Shown here: positions 51,846 through 62,396 of the stretch, piece after piece
Position numbering within the stretch: position 1 is the first letter of the stretch
How the letters are laid out: each line of letters opens with the position of its first letter
Position numbers and translations under genes: made by a program
Source of the DNA: an uncultured cyanobacterium
Lineage (GTDB): Bacteria > Cyanobacteriota > Cyanobacteriia > CAKZMO01
Reading direction: 5' to 3'
Length of the DNA stretch: 64,000 bases
NCBI GenBank assembly: GCA_963719515.1
Contig: CAVRCJ010000010.1
Span: 840,778 to 904,777 of the forward strand
The notes under the pieces: generated by a model
The model's input: the letters and a program-made list of their open reading frames with translations, nothing else
What the model was told of the DNA's origin: nothing
Database searches by the model: none

Positions 51846-53264
51846 CTAGTTCGTGAAAGCCCCGCGCTGTACTCGGAGAGTCAGCGTCGGGATGTAAGCG
51901 AGCGAGTCACAGACGAGCATTTCTAGGGAGTAGCACTGCCCTTCCTAGAAATGCTACAATTGAGGTATGTTGACCTTGAACTACTCCTACCGAATTTATC
52001 CGTCTCTTGAGCAGGAAGCCCGCATGGTCTGTTGGCTTGAGGTTTGTCGCGGCATCTATAACTATGCGCTGCGTGAACGCAAGGACTGGATAAAGTCGAG
52101 AAGCTGCGTAGCTAATACCTGCTCGCTTCAATCGGAGTACATCATTGCGGCAAACGCGCCATATCCCGGTTACTACGACCAAAAGCGATCGCTGACGGCT
52201 GCTAAGAGAGTGCTTCCCCACCTGAAAGAAGTGCAGTCGCAGGTTCTTCAAGACGTTATAGGGCGGGTAGAAGCAGCGTTTGCGGCTAGGAAGGAGAGAG
52301 GCCACGGTTTCCCGCGCTTCAAGAAGTTTGGGCAGTACCGCTCGTTCCTCTTTCCGCAGTTCAAGGAAAACCCGGTGACGGGCAGCCAAATCAAGTTGCC
52401 TAAGCTGGGCACGATGGGCATCGTTCTGCACCGACCTATCCCTGATGGATTCAAAGTAAAGACGGTGCGCGTCATCAAAAAGCATTCGGGGTGGTACGCT
52501 ACCGCGAGTATTCAAGCCGATGTCAATGTGCCTGATGTCGTTCCCGCTGGGCATAGCATCGGCATTGACGTCGGGCTCGAGTATTTCCTGTCCACTTCCA
52601 ACGGCTTGCAGGTAGAGCGCCCGCGCTTTTTCGGTAAGCTGCAACGCAAGCTTAAATTGCTGCAACGCAGACTGAAGAATAAGCAGCGGGGCTCGAATAA
52701 CCGCGCCAAGCTGATTGGAAGGATTGGACGGGTACATGAGCAGATAGCAGCATGTCGCCTTGACTGGCAATTCAAGCTGGCCCACAAGCTTTGTGACCAG
52801 GCCCAGATCATCTTCGTGGAAGATCTTGACTTTCGCGTCATGGCGAAAGGGATGCTGGGTAAACACACACTCGATGCTGGTCTGGGGCAATTCGTGAACC
52901 AGGTCTTGCCGTGGGTGTGCTTCAAGCGCGGTGTCTATTACGAAAAGGTTGACCCCTACGGCACCTCTCAGGAATGTCCTGATTGCGGCGCTGCTGTCAA
53001 AAAGTCCATAGGCGATCGCGTTCATCATTGTGGTGAGTGTGGGTCTGTGAAGCCGAGAGATATTGCCGCTGCTCAAGTCATCAACGCCCGTGGAATTTCG
53101 GGTATTCAAATTGCCTGTGGAGTCGAGGTAGCGGGGATGTGGGAAACCATATCTAGCCAACTGGCTGCGAAGCAGGAAACTCATCGGGTGACCGATGAAG
53201 CCCGCGCTCTATCCGTAGGATGTTCGCAAAGCGCTTCCGCAGGAAGAACGTCGGGAGTATTCAC
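51846..53264 (+). mobile_element. IS200/IS605-family element, tnpB only (IS1341-like)
   Basis: TTTAG|left-end hairpin; right-end hairpin finishing in TCAC at 53261-53264; no tnpA. Confidence 0.88.
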
Positions 53265-53334
53265 TGACGAAGGGCTTTGCCCTATCCCTCACTGGCCTCG
53301 GCTAGGCTGTACCCTAGCCTGTATACCCCTCTAA
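51967..53334 (+). CDS. tnpB: RNA-guided endonuclease TnpB
   Basis: HTH N-terminus, GFPRFKK, RuvC GIDVG / VEDL / RDIAAA, Zn finger CPDC...CGEC; ORF reads through the right end. Confidence 0.95.
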   Translation: MLTLNYSYRIYPSLEQEARMVCWLEVCRGIYNYALRERKDWIKSRSCVANTCSLQSEYIIAANAPYPGYYDQKRSLTAAKRVLPHLKEVQSQVLQDVIGRVEAAFAARKERGHGFPRFKKFGQYRSFLFPQFKENPVTGSQIKLPKLGTMGIVLHRPIPDGFKVKTVRVIKKHSGWYATASIQADVNVPDVVPAGHSIGIDVGLEYFLSTSNGLQVERPRFFGKLQRKLKLLQRRLKNKQRGSNNRAKLIGRIGRVHEQIAACRLDWQFKLAHKLCDQAQIIFVEDLDFRVMAKGMLGKHTLDAGLGQFVNQVLPWVCFKRGVYYEKVDPYGTSQECPDCGAAVKKSIGDRVHHCGECGSVKPRDIAAAQVINARGISGIQIACGVEVAGMWETISSQLAAKQETHRVTDEARALSVGCSQSASAGRTSGVFTDEGLCPIPHWPRLGCTLACIPL

Positions 53335-53346
53335 CTTGACTTACTC

Positions 53347-54630
53347 GTGCAGCGACGTCTCCTTACCCTTTTACTTAGCCCAGTCGTGCTGCTAGCCGCC
53401 TGCGATGGCCGACCCCTCCAAGACGCTCTTCAGACAGACCCTAATCTGCGGCCTGAGACGAGCGCAGAGCCTCCTAGGCCTGCCGCCACCTGCAGCGAGA
53501 TCGCGCGATCGCGGCTGCCTGAAGCGTTTCCCAGCGGTTTTTGCTACCCTGAGGCCGATCTACTTCAGGTAACGGAATCGACTCTGGACAACGGCACCGC
53601 CATTGAGGCCCGCTGGTCTACTGAGGATGACGCCGAGCAGGTGCAATCGTTCTACCGTGAGGCGTTTGAGCAGGAGAATTGGGAGGTCACGACCTCTACC
53701 GATGTCTCGGCTACAGCACCGATAGAGGCCGTCAAAGACGGGGTACGGGTGGCGATCGCCATTCCGGCGGGACAGTCCGAAGGAGCGGGTGCAGCCTCAT
53801 TTACGGTGAGCTACCGTCCTTCGCAAACGGCGCAGGTTGACGAGGAGCCGGTGGTGGCTACAGCGCCAGCGGCTGAGGGTGCCGAGGGCAATGCCAGCGA
53901 GACGTCAGCAGACGAACCTGCCTCAAGCGCTGGCGCAGCGCGATCGTTCACGGATGCTGACGACGCCCCGGAAGAGCTTCGAGACTACGTTCGCGACTTA
54001 GCCTCCCTTGGAGTTCTAGACGCTGCCGAAGGAAACCAGTTTCAACCCAATGAACCCGTGACGCGGCGCACCTTTGCCCGGTGGCTCTTCAACGCTAACA
54101 ACCGCCTCTATACCGAGCCTTCAAAGCGCATCCGCATTGCCTCCGGTAGCGACGCCGTGTTTCAAGACGTCCCCCAGAGTAACCCCGACTTTGGCAAGAT
54201 TCAGGGTCTTGCGGATGCGGGTCTGGTGCCTAGTGCTCTGTCGGGAGCCACTGCAGTCAGCTTTCGGCCCGACGCCCCGATGACGCGGGAGACTTTGGTG
54301 CAGTGGAAGGTGCCGCTGGACCTACGGCAGTCTTTACCCAACGCGACCCTAGACGCGGTGCAGCAGGCCTGGGGCTTTCAGGATGCGGCCAAAATTGAGC
54401 CAAAGGCGCTGCAGGCTGTATTGGCAGATTATGCCAACGGCGACCAATCTAATATCCGCCGCGCTTTTGGGTTCACGACGCTGTTTCAGCCCAAGAAACC
54501 CGTTACTCGCGCTGAGGCGGCGGCGGTGCTGTGGCATTTTGGCTATCAGGGGGAGGGGCGATCGGCGGGGGATGTGCTGCAGGGGGCGGGGGAGGAGGCC
54601 GAGACGGAGCCGGAAACCTCGGAGGGGTAG
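53347..54630 (+). CDS. S-layer homology (SLH) domain lipoprotein
   Basis: Lipobox LAAC; FQPNEPVTR, FRPDAPMTRE, FQPKKPVTRAE. Confidence 0.88.
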   Translation: MQRRLLTLLLSPVVLLAACDGRPLQDALQTDPNLRPETSAEPPRPAATCSEIARSRLPEAFPSGFCYPEADLLQVTESTLDNGTAIEARWSTEDDAEQVQSFYREAFEQENWEVTTSTDVSATAPIEAVKDGVRVAIAIPAGQSEGAGAASFTVSYRPSQTAQVDEEPVVATAPAAEGAEGNASETSADEPASSAGAARSFTDADDAPEELRDYVRDLASLGVLDAAEGNQFQPNEPVTRRTFARWLFNANNRLYTEPSKRIRIASGSDAVFQDVPQSNPDFGKIQGLADAGLVPSALSGATAVSFRPDAPMTRETLVQWKVPLDLRQSLPNATLDAVQQAWGFQDAAKIEPKALQAVLADYANGDQSNIRRAFGFTTLFQPKKPVTRAEAAAVLWHFGYQGEGRSAGDVLQGAGEEAETEPETSEG

Positions 54631-54910
54631 GAGCCTAATCCGGCAGTGGGATAAACTCCGTCTCCTCCGGCACCTGACCAAACTTCCGGATAAAGGATCG
54701 GGGAAAGAGCTTTTACAGGCGATCGCTTACCGTGTTCACCGCTCCTGGGTAGATTTCCTGAACGCTGCCAACGCTATCGACTTAAGAGCGTCCGATCTTA
54801 GATCGGCTGAGAGCGGTGAATTTCACCGCTACCTTTAGGCGCGATCGCCGTTGGCCCGCTCACCCCAAGCGCGCTTGTAGAACTCCCCTAATGGTGAAGA
54901 GCCACAAACC

Positions 54911-56263
54911 CTACCGCATCGTGACGAACTCTTCCGCCGAGCTGGGGTGGATGCCTACCGTCGCGTCAAAATCCGCCTTCGTCGCCCCCATCTTCACCGC
55001 GATCGCCACCCCTTGAATAATCTCAGCGGCGTGGTCCCCCACCATATGGGCGCCCAAGACCCGCTCGCTGTCGTTTTGGTTGACGATTAGCTTCATCAGG
55101 GTCTTCTCGTCCTTGTTGGGCAGGGTGTAGTACATGGCGCGGAAGCGAGATCGATACACCTTAATGGCATCGCCGTACTCTTCGCGAGCCTCTGCCTCAG
55201 TAAGGCCCACCGTCGCGGCCTCCGGCGTGGTGAAGACAGCGGTGGGAATATTGCGGTAGTCCATGGTGCGGGGATTGTTGCCGAAGAGGGTATCCGACAG
55301 CGCCCGCCCCTCGTTGATGGCTACGGGGGTGAGGTTGATGCGATCGGTGCAGTCGCCCACGGCGTAGACGTCCGCCTCGGCGGTTTCTGATGCCTTATTG
55401 ATGGCGATCGCCCCATTCGCCACCTCAACCTTGGTGTTTTCCAGCCCGAGGTTGTCGATGTTGGGATGACGACCCAAAGCAGATAGACTCACCGCATCTG
55501 CTACAACGTAGTCTTCTCCTTGGTCAGTGCGGACGCTCACCGCGACGCCGTGGTCTGCCCTTTCAATCATCAAGTTCTGGGTATTCGTCAACAGGTTGAT
55601 ACCGTGCTTGATCATGGCCTCTTGAATCTCCATCCGCAGGTCATCGTCAAAGCCCCGCAGAATTTTGTCGGCACGGATGATCTGCGTCACCTCGCACCCC
55701 AAGCCGTTCAAAATACAGGCAAACTCGCAGCCAATGTAGCCCCCGCCCAAAATCACTACGCGCTTCGGGTACTTGGGCAGCGAAAAGATATCGTCTGAAG
55801 TGATGGCTAGCTCCACCCCAGGAACATCGGGGTAGGTCGGCTCGCCGCCCACCGCAATCAGCACCTTCCCGGCGGTCACCGTGCGATCGCCCACCTGCAG
55901 CGTATGGGGATCAATGAACCGGGCGCGATCGCGAAAAATCTGGACGCTCGAGTTGTCCAGCATCCGCTGGTAAATCCCGTTGAGGCGGGTCACCTCGTTA
56001 TTTACCGCCGTCGTCAGGGTGGTCCAGTCAAACTGGCTTTCTACCGGGCTCCAGCCGTAGCCCGTCGCTTCTTCAAAATGGTCAGGGAAGTGAGAGGCGT
56101 AGACCATCAGCTTTTTAGGCACGCAGCCCCGGTTAACGCAGGTCCCCCCCAGGCGATCGTACTCAGCCACCCCAACTTTAGCGCCGTATTGCGCCGCGCG
56201 GCGAGCCGAGGCAATGCCCCCAGACCCAGCGCCAATTACAAAATAATCAAATTCGTAGGCCAT
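54911..56263 (-). CDS. gor: Glutathione-disulfide reductase
   Basis: [26 protein letters not shown]. Confidence 0.95.
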   Translation of the reverse strand: MAYEFDYFVIGAGSGGIASARRAAQYGAKVGVAEYDRLGGTCVNRGCVPKKLMVYASHFPDHFEEATGYGWSPVESQFDWTTLTTAVNNEVTRLNGIYQRMLDNSSVQIFRDRARFIDPHTLQVGDRTVTAGKVLIAVGGEPTYPDVPGVELAITSDDIFSLPKYPKRVVILGGGYIGCEFACILNGLGCEVTQIIRADKILRGFDDDLRMEIQEAMIKHGINLLTNTQNLMIERADHGVAVSVRTDQGEDYVVADAVSLSALGRHPNIDNLGLENTKVEVANGAIAINKASETAEADVYAVGDCTDRINLTPVAINEGRALSDTLFGNNPRTMDYRNIPTAVFTTPEAATVGLTEAEAREEYGDAIKVYRSRFRAMYYTLPNKDEKTLMKLIVNQNDSERVLGAHMVGDHAAEIIQGVAIAVKMGATKADFDATVGIHPSSAEEFVTMR

Positions 56264-56445
56264 CTCTACGTCTCCTTAAACTATTGCTGCCATCAGATTG
56301 AAGGGTTGAGCAGACACTGATGGACTGGACTTGCGTGCTACCTACCTGGGCTCAATAAAAAGGATGTGTGAGCTAATATTCCCCACACATCCAGTCCAAA
56401 TGGGTTAAACGAGCCCCTAAAAACTGAGGCTCACTCCTGCGTCAA

Positions 56446-56979
56446 TTACTTGGTGCCCTTGAGATAGGCCAGCATTGTATCGGCGTCGGACACTTCGAAG
56501 GGGTCAGTGGGGCAGTTGTCGCCATAGTCAGGCTCAACAAAGATCTTCTCGATTTCCATGTCGTTAACCACCATGGAATAGCGCCAAGAGCGGCTGCCAA
56601 AGCCCAGATTAGTTTTCTCAACAAGCATGCCCATCTTGCGGGTGAACTCGCCGTTGCCGTCGGGCAGCAGGGCGATATTTTTGACGCCCTGCTGCTTGCC
56701 CCACTGAAACATTACAAATGCGTCGTTGACCGAGACACAAACGATTGCATCGACGCCCTGTGCCTTGATCTCCTCGTAAAGCTCTTCATAACGAGGCAGG
56801 TGAGTAGAAGAGCAGGTCGGCGTGAAGGCACCAGGCAGTGAGAAGACGACAACGCGCTTGCCCCCAAAGATCTCTTGGGTAGTCGCATCCTGCCAGCGAA
56901 ACGGATTTGGGCCCTCAATGGACTCATCACGGACGCGGGTCTTAAATGTAACGTTGGGGACACGTGTAATAACGGGCAT
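56446..56979 (-). CDS. Type II (Prx5-like) peroxiredoxin
   Basis: [25 protein letters not shown]. Confidence 0.93.
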   Translation of the reverse strand: MPVITRVPNVTFKTRVRDESIEGPNPFRWQDATTQEIFGGKRVVVFSLPGAFTPTCSSTHLPRYEELYEEIKAQGVDAIVCVSVNDAFVMFQWGKQQGVKNIALLPDGNGEFTRKMGMLVEKTNLGFGSRSWRYSMVVNDMEIEKIFVEPDYGDNCPTDPFEVSDADTMLAYLKGTK

Positions 56980-57052
56980 AGATTACCTCACTATATAAAT
57001 CGCTGTAACCTCAGCTAGCTTATGCGTAGTCAATCCGGCTAGCTGACTTTTC

Positions 57053-57067
57053 TTAGAATAATTCTAA
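57053..57067. promoter_or_regulatory. Per/Fur box, perfect 7-1-7 palindrome TTAGAAT-A-ATTCTAA
   Basis: In the divergent prx-perR spacer; degenerate second copy near 57087-57101. Confidence 0.8.
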
Positions 57068-57190
57068 ACAATGTTTTAGTCAAGGGTAGGAATCATTCTC
57101 TGATGCTGTTTGTTTTTATAGAGCAAATCACTTAAAATAGAATATCCAACGAAACGACAACGCTGCTTGACGTCCGCATGAGTAAAGCCC

Positions 57191-57649
57191 ATGAACCGTT
57201 TCCCCACCGATAGTATTACGCTGGAGCTGAAGGCTAAGGGTCTGCGAATTACACCACAGCGCTATGCGGTCTATGCCAGCCTAGTGGCCCGCAACGACCA
57301 TCCCACGGCAGAGCAGTTATTAATCAACATCAACCAGCACTTTCCAACTTCTTCTCAGGCGACGGTCTACAACTCTCTGCAAACCCTTTGTCAGGTTGGT
57401 TTAGTGCGTGAGGTGCTTCTGGAGCACGGCGTGGCTCGCTACGATGCCAATGTTCAGCCTCATCACCACTGCATCTGCCGCCAGTGCGGAAGCATCAGCG
57501 ATCTCTCTTGGTCTACCTTTGAGGCGGTCGATTTGAGCCGGGTTGATGCCCCCTTCCATCCGGAAAGTTATGAAGTAGCGGTCTATGGCGTCTGCAGCGA
57601 CTGCCAGGAATCGTCACAGGGCCTGGCTGACAACACCCAGCTGGGTTAG
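57191..57649 (+). CDS. perR: Fur family regulator, PerR-type
   Basis: RITPQR, HPTAE, TVYNSL, HHHCICRQC, CSDC; divergent from prx. Confidence 0.85.
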   Translation: MNRFPTDSITLELKAKGLRITPQRYAVYASLVARNDHPTAEQLLININQHFPTSSQATVYNSLQTLCQVGLVREVLLEHGVARYDANVQPHHHCICRQCGSISDLSWSTFEAVDLSRVDAPFHPESYEVAVYGVCSDCQESSQGLADNTQLG

Positions 57650-57666
57650 CAGGCGCGGAATTTGGC

Positions 57667-57990
57667 CTACTGGAGGCGATCGCCTCCAGCAAGGGCTGGT
57701 GCTGGTTGAACGTGCTCAGTCGGTCTACGGGGCGTCAGGCCGTTGCTAGAGCAATGAGTTGGGCTCGGGCCGCCGATGAGTACCTCAAAGGTCGATCGCT
57801 CCTCCGGCGGACTGTAGTTGGCTTTTACCCAAAGCTCTGTTGAATGATTAGGGGGCTGAGCGCCCACGTCGCGCATTCTGTGCTGAGTATTGATCTGTGC
57901 GGCCTGCCAAGCTTGAAGAAATTGATGGCTCAATTCCCGAGAAATAGACCCTTCCTGGCGGACGCTCGACTGAATCTCAAGCAGTTTCAT
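57667..57990 (-). pseudogene. Truncated FMN-dependent azoreductase (AzoR/AcpD-like) N-terminus
   Basis: MKLLEIQSSVRQEGSISREL...RDVG matches the family start, then similarity is lost after about 65 aa. Confidence 0.6.
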
Positions 57991-58056
57991 GATTGATTCT
58001 ATTATGGCCTCTGTAGAATAAGACGAAGAACGCCTGCAATCTGTGACAAGCTCCGG

Positions 58057-58719
58057 TTAGGCTACAGCTTCAACGCAGTCAGCACTGTTGTTGGCCGGAC
58101 TGTTCACCACCTTGCTGACGGCATGCTTTGCGAGGCTTTCCCTTTGGTCCGTTGCGATCAGAGCCTGCAGCGCTGGCGCTGGCTGCTGTGGGTCTAGCCA
58201 CTGCGCGTAGTCCTGCCGGCCAATCACAACCGGCATGCGGTGATGCACCGGCTCGACCACCTCATTCGCCGCCCCCGTCAAAATGGTGCAGGACTCGATC
58301 TCCTCGCCCTCAGGGCTGCGCCACGCCTCCCACAGCCCCGCAAACCCAAACGGCTGGCGATCGGGCTGGTAGAAGTAGAAGGGCTGCTTCTGCTTTTGGC
58401 CCTTTTGAACCTGCCACTCATAGAATCCATCTGCCACAATCAGGCAGCGCCGCCGCGCAAACGCCTGCCGGAAGGCGGGCTTTTCGGCCACCGTCTCGGC
58501 TCGCGCGTTGATCAGACGGTAGCCAATCTTAGGATCTTTAGCCCAAGAGGGCACCAGCCCCCAGCGGAAATATTTGGCTTGGGACGCCTTAGCGGTAACG
58601 GCAAGGACGGGCTGGCTGGGAGCAATGTTGTAGCATGGCTCAACTTCAGGGAGTGACGCGAGACCAAATGCCTCGGCGATCGCCTCAGCCGAGGCCGTGA
58701 GAGTAAAGCGTCCGCACAT
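58057..58719 (-). CDS. SRAP/HMCES family (SOS response-associated peptidase)
   Basis: MCGRF, YNIAP, WGLVPSW, NARAET, GFYEW, HHRMP. Confidence 0.93.
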   Translation of the reverse strand: MCGRFTLTASAEAIAEAFGLASLPEVEPCYNIAPSQPVLAVTAKASQAKYFRWGLVPSWAKDPKIGYRLINARAETVAEKPAFRQAFARRRCLIVADGFYEWQVQKGQKQKQPFYFYQPDRQPFGFAGLWEAWRSPEGEEIESCTILTGAANEVVEPVHHRMPVVIGRQDYAQWLDPQQPAPALQALIATDQRESLAKHAVSKVVNSPANNSADCVEAVA

Positions 58720-58784
58720 AGCTTAAACCGGATACTACTGGGGCCAATTTTGTATATCTGAAGTACACTCAACAACCAATACCG

Positions 58785-58881
58785 TTATAGCGATTTTCAG
58801 TCGCGTGAGGTACGGATTTGGGTGGTAGTGGCGCGCCGCGCCACTACCACCCGTACTCCACCAGCATAGAAAATGCTGTAA
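58785..58881. repeat. MITE-like element with imperfect TIRs and a perfect internal 15-bp hairpin
   Basis: TTATAGCGATTTTC...GAAAATGCTGTAA; GGGTGGTAGTGGCGC-GCC-GCGCCACTACCACCC at 58820-58852. Confidence 0.65.
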
Positions 58882-59515
58882 TCGGGCCCTTTACTTCATC
58901 TTAGCGCCAGATTAACGCTAGGTTTATCCAACCAGGGCCGCGCGTAAGAGTCTGGTGAATTTCCTCTGTCAGATTCCTGCTCCTCCTAGCACTGTGCCAC
59001 ATTCGATACAGGTTAGCGGCGAGCGATACAGCAATTCTACCGCCACATCTACCAAGACTGAACGACGTTAGAGGCGCGTTGGGTCCCTGAAGCCTGCTGT
59101 GCTTCAGGATTTACACAGTAATTTTCGAACTTATACAACGGTCAACTGCTGACTCTAGAGCCCGGCTCTTGAGCAGGTCGTTTACCCTGGCACCGCCGCA
59201 ACGGCGCGTGCTGCTTTGACCTGATATTCATCCAGAAGCCGTCCTACAGACCAGTGCCCTCATTCTTGGTGCGGCCACAATCTTCGGCAATTTGGAGACC
59301 TTTACAGAGCGATATCGGCTGGGGCAACCCCAACAGCAACGCGGTGGCGATCGCCTCGTTGACCAATGACCCCAGCAAGTCGGCGATCTTCAGCTACGAC
59401 GCGGGAGCGGCGCTATTCAACGGCAAGACCGCTGCGGCGCGGCGCGTAGGCTTCTCCCTATGGGGCAACCCCAGCGCTACAGGACTAGATCTATTCGAGG
59501 CGGCAGTAGCCTGGG

Positions 59516-61298
59516 CTACACGCCAGTCCCCATAGGCTCACCCGTCTGAACACGCCACAGCCCTGCATAGAGGCCGGCCTGCCGCAGCAGCTCATCGTGG
59601 GTGCCCTGCTCCACTATCTGGCCTTGATCCATGACGTAGATCTGGTCTGCATTGCGGATAGTGGAGAGGCGGTGGGCGATCGCAATCGTGGTGCGGTGCT
59701 GGGTAATCTTCTCTAGAGACTGCTGAATGGCGGCTTCTGTCTCGTTATCCACGGCGGAGGTCGCCTCGTCTAGCACCAAAATTGGCGGGTCTTTTAGAAT
59801 GGCTCGGGCGATCGCCAGCCGCTGCCGCTGCCCGCCCGAGAGCTTTTGCCCCCGCTCCCCCACAATGGTGTCGTAGCCGCGGGGGAGCGTTTCGATGAAG
59901 GGGTGAGCCTCGGCGATTTTTGCAGCGTGGCGAACTTGCGGCGGGCTGGGCATCGGGGCTCCCGTAGGCGATGTTTTCGGCGACGGTACCGTCGAACAAA
60001 AACACGTCTTGACTCACCAAACCGATGGCGCGCCTTAGGTCTTGCAGCCGAATCTCGCTGATGTCAATACCGTCCAAGGTAATACGTCCCACGTCTAGCT
60101 CATAGAAGCGCAGCAGCAGCTTCACTAGGGTGCTCTTGCCAGAACCGGTGGCCCCCACTACGCCGATGGTGTGGCCTGCAGGAACGGTGAGGGACAGCCC
60201 CTTAAATAGAAGCGACCCATCTCCATAGGCAAAGCCCAAGTTCTCCAGCCGCAGCGCCCCCTTAACGGTATCCAGGCGCAGGTCTCGGTAGCCCGAGCGA
60301 ATCGCAACGGGAGTGTCGAGCAAGTCCAACACGCGGGTGGTGGAGGCCATCGCCCGCTGATACTGATCGAGGGTATTGCCTAGAGCAGTGAGGGGCCACA
60401 GCAGCCGCTGGGTAATGAACACCAAAACGCTGTAGGTGCCCACCGCTAGAGTGCCGCCCGCCGCCGCTAGCCCGCCAAAATACAGCGTGGCGGTAAACCC
60501 TACCAAAATGACAATGCGAATCAGGGGGACAAACGCGGCGCTGAGGGCGATCGCCTTGCGGTTGCTGGTGCGGTAAGCGTCGCTGTCTGAGCGCACCCGG
60601 TCAATTTCGTAGGTTTCGGTGGTGAAGCTCTTGATGGTGGTGATGCCGCTGAGGTTGTTGGCCAAGCGGCTGTTGAGCTGGCCCACCTGCTGCCTCACCT
60701 CGGCGTAGCGGGGAGCAAGGCTGCGCTGGAAGACCAAAGAACCCCACAGGATGAACGGCATGGGCAGCATAGCCATCCAGGCAATGCCGGGAGCCAGGAT
60801 AAAAAACGCACCGCCTACCACCACTACGGTGGTAATGGTCTGCAGAATTTCGGTTGCCCCAACGTCCAGGAATCGCTCCAGCTGGTTGACGTCGTCATTT
60901 AAAATCGACAGCAGTCGCCCCGTGCTGCTGTCTTCAAAAAAGGCCAGCTCCAGGTCCTGCAGGTGAGCGTAGGCTTCCAGCCGCAGCTCGTGCTGAATGG
61001 TTTGAGCCAGCGATCGCCACAGGCGGGCGTAGGCGTATTCAAAGACAGATTCTAAGCCCCAAACGATCAGGGTCAGCCCTGAGAGAACCAGCAGCTGCGC
61101 TGCAATCGACTGTAGCCCCCAATTCGCTAGCAGGGAGCTTTGTCCCTCCACCACCGTATCAACGGCGAGTCCGATTAGGAGGGGAGGGGCTAGGTCAAAC
61201 ACTCGATTGAGCACAGAACAGGTCGCCGCTAGCCAGACTTGAGTGCGGTAGCGGCGACCGTAGCGAATTAGCCTCGCTAGCGGCGATAGTGCTGTCAT
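59516..61298 (-). CDS. ABC exporter (TMD+NBD), interrupted by a single frameshift near 59950
   Basis: Walker [10 protein letters not shown] in one frame; LSGGQ/LDEAT/AHRLST in the next; removing one C restores [14 protein letters not shown]. Confidence 0.85.
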
Positions 61299-62114
61299 CT
61301 AACGCCCCATAACGCCTTCGATGACGGCGTGAACAGCGTTGCGGCTGAGCTTTTCTTTGCCGTGGGCCAGAACGTCTAAGGTGGCGTGGGCCAAGGCCAG
61401 AGGAATCTGACAGAAGTTACGGGCCGGGCCTTTGGGCAACCCCTTGGTGTAGGCATCGGCCAAGGTGAGGTTGTAGCGGGCGTAATTGTGCATATCGTCA
61501 GAGGTCCAGCCGTCTGGAAAGAAGCTGACGCCCCGCACCGAGTCCTCTGAGCTGTTGCGCACAATGTTGACCGCCTGCAGACCGCGACCAAACCCAACGG
61601 CCTGGGCGCGATCGGTTTGGGTGCCGTCGTGCCAAGCCCACAAATCGGACAGCATTAGGCCCACAGCTCCTGCCACGCTGAAGGTGTAACGATCGAGATC
61701 GGCCTTGGTATGAATGGTCCAATTATGCTCGGCCCAGTAGGCCATGCGATCGGCCATGGCGGCGGTGGCATCCCAAATGCGCGGGGCAACGTCGGAGGGG
61801 GCCATGAGCGCCCACTCCCCTGCGCGCAGACTCACCTCGGGCAGCGGCGCTTCGTCGGTATGGAGGTCGAGCACAAAGTCTGCTTCGGCTGAGCTTTCGG
61901 TTGACCCCTGAAAATTAAGGCTCAGCGATCGCAGTAGCCGAGCCTTGGTATCATTCGTTAAATGGGGATGGTCCTCTATCTCGTCAATAGCCCGCATGAG
62001 CAGGTAAGCCGATGCGACTGCCTCTAGCAGCCGGTCTGGCAAGCGACTAATGGGGATGTAAAACGTTCGACTCGTTTCTTTAAGTACCTCTAGCGCATGC
62101 TTCTTGGAATTCAT
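61299..62114 (-). CDS. Squalene/phytoene synthase family (cyanobacterial squalene synthase-like)
   Basis: TSRTFYIPI, RAIDEIED, VAGAVG, GLQAVNI. Confidence 0.88.
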   Translation of the reverse strand: MNSKKHALEVLKETSRTFYIPISRLPDRLLEAVASAYLLMRAIDEIEDHPHLTNDTKARLLRSLSLNFQGSTESSAEADFVLDLHTDEAPLPEVSLRAGEWALMAPSDVAPRIWDATAAMADRMAYWAEHNWTIHTKADLDRYTFSVAGAVGLMLSDLWAWHDGTQTDRAQAVGFGRGLQAVNIVRNSSEDSVRGVSFFPDGWTSDDMHNYARYNLTLADAYTKGLPKGPARNFCQIPLALAHATLDVLAHGKEKLSRNAVHAVIEGVMGR

Positions 62115-62396
62115 CCGTCAACTCCTTACACCAACTTGTGCCATAGCATATAACGCCCGCCGTCAGAAGACTAGTGCTTTCAGTAACAGGAAGTATTCTG
62201 GCACAGGACTCTCAGAGACGATTTGGGCGCTGGGTCCAAACGCTACTGTACGGGCACTGCCTGAGTATAAGCAAAGTTTTAGGTGTGGAGAGAGGGCTTT
62301 TGAGGGCAAAGCCTTTGTCATCGGCGAGGCGATCGCTGAAGGCGTGGCTAGAAGGGCAGCGGCTGATGAGAGTCTTGACCGACACCACTGGGTCCT

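Noticed and set aside
51907..53184. 425-aa minus-strand ORF
   Set aside because: Antisense shadow of tnpB with no domain motifs.
59930..59960. Programmed frameshift in the ABC exporter
   Set aside because: A single extra C splits the NBD, with no slippery heptamer or stimulator; an assembly error or null mutation is more likely.
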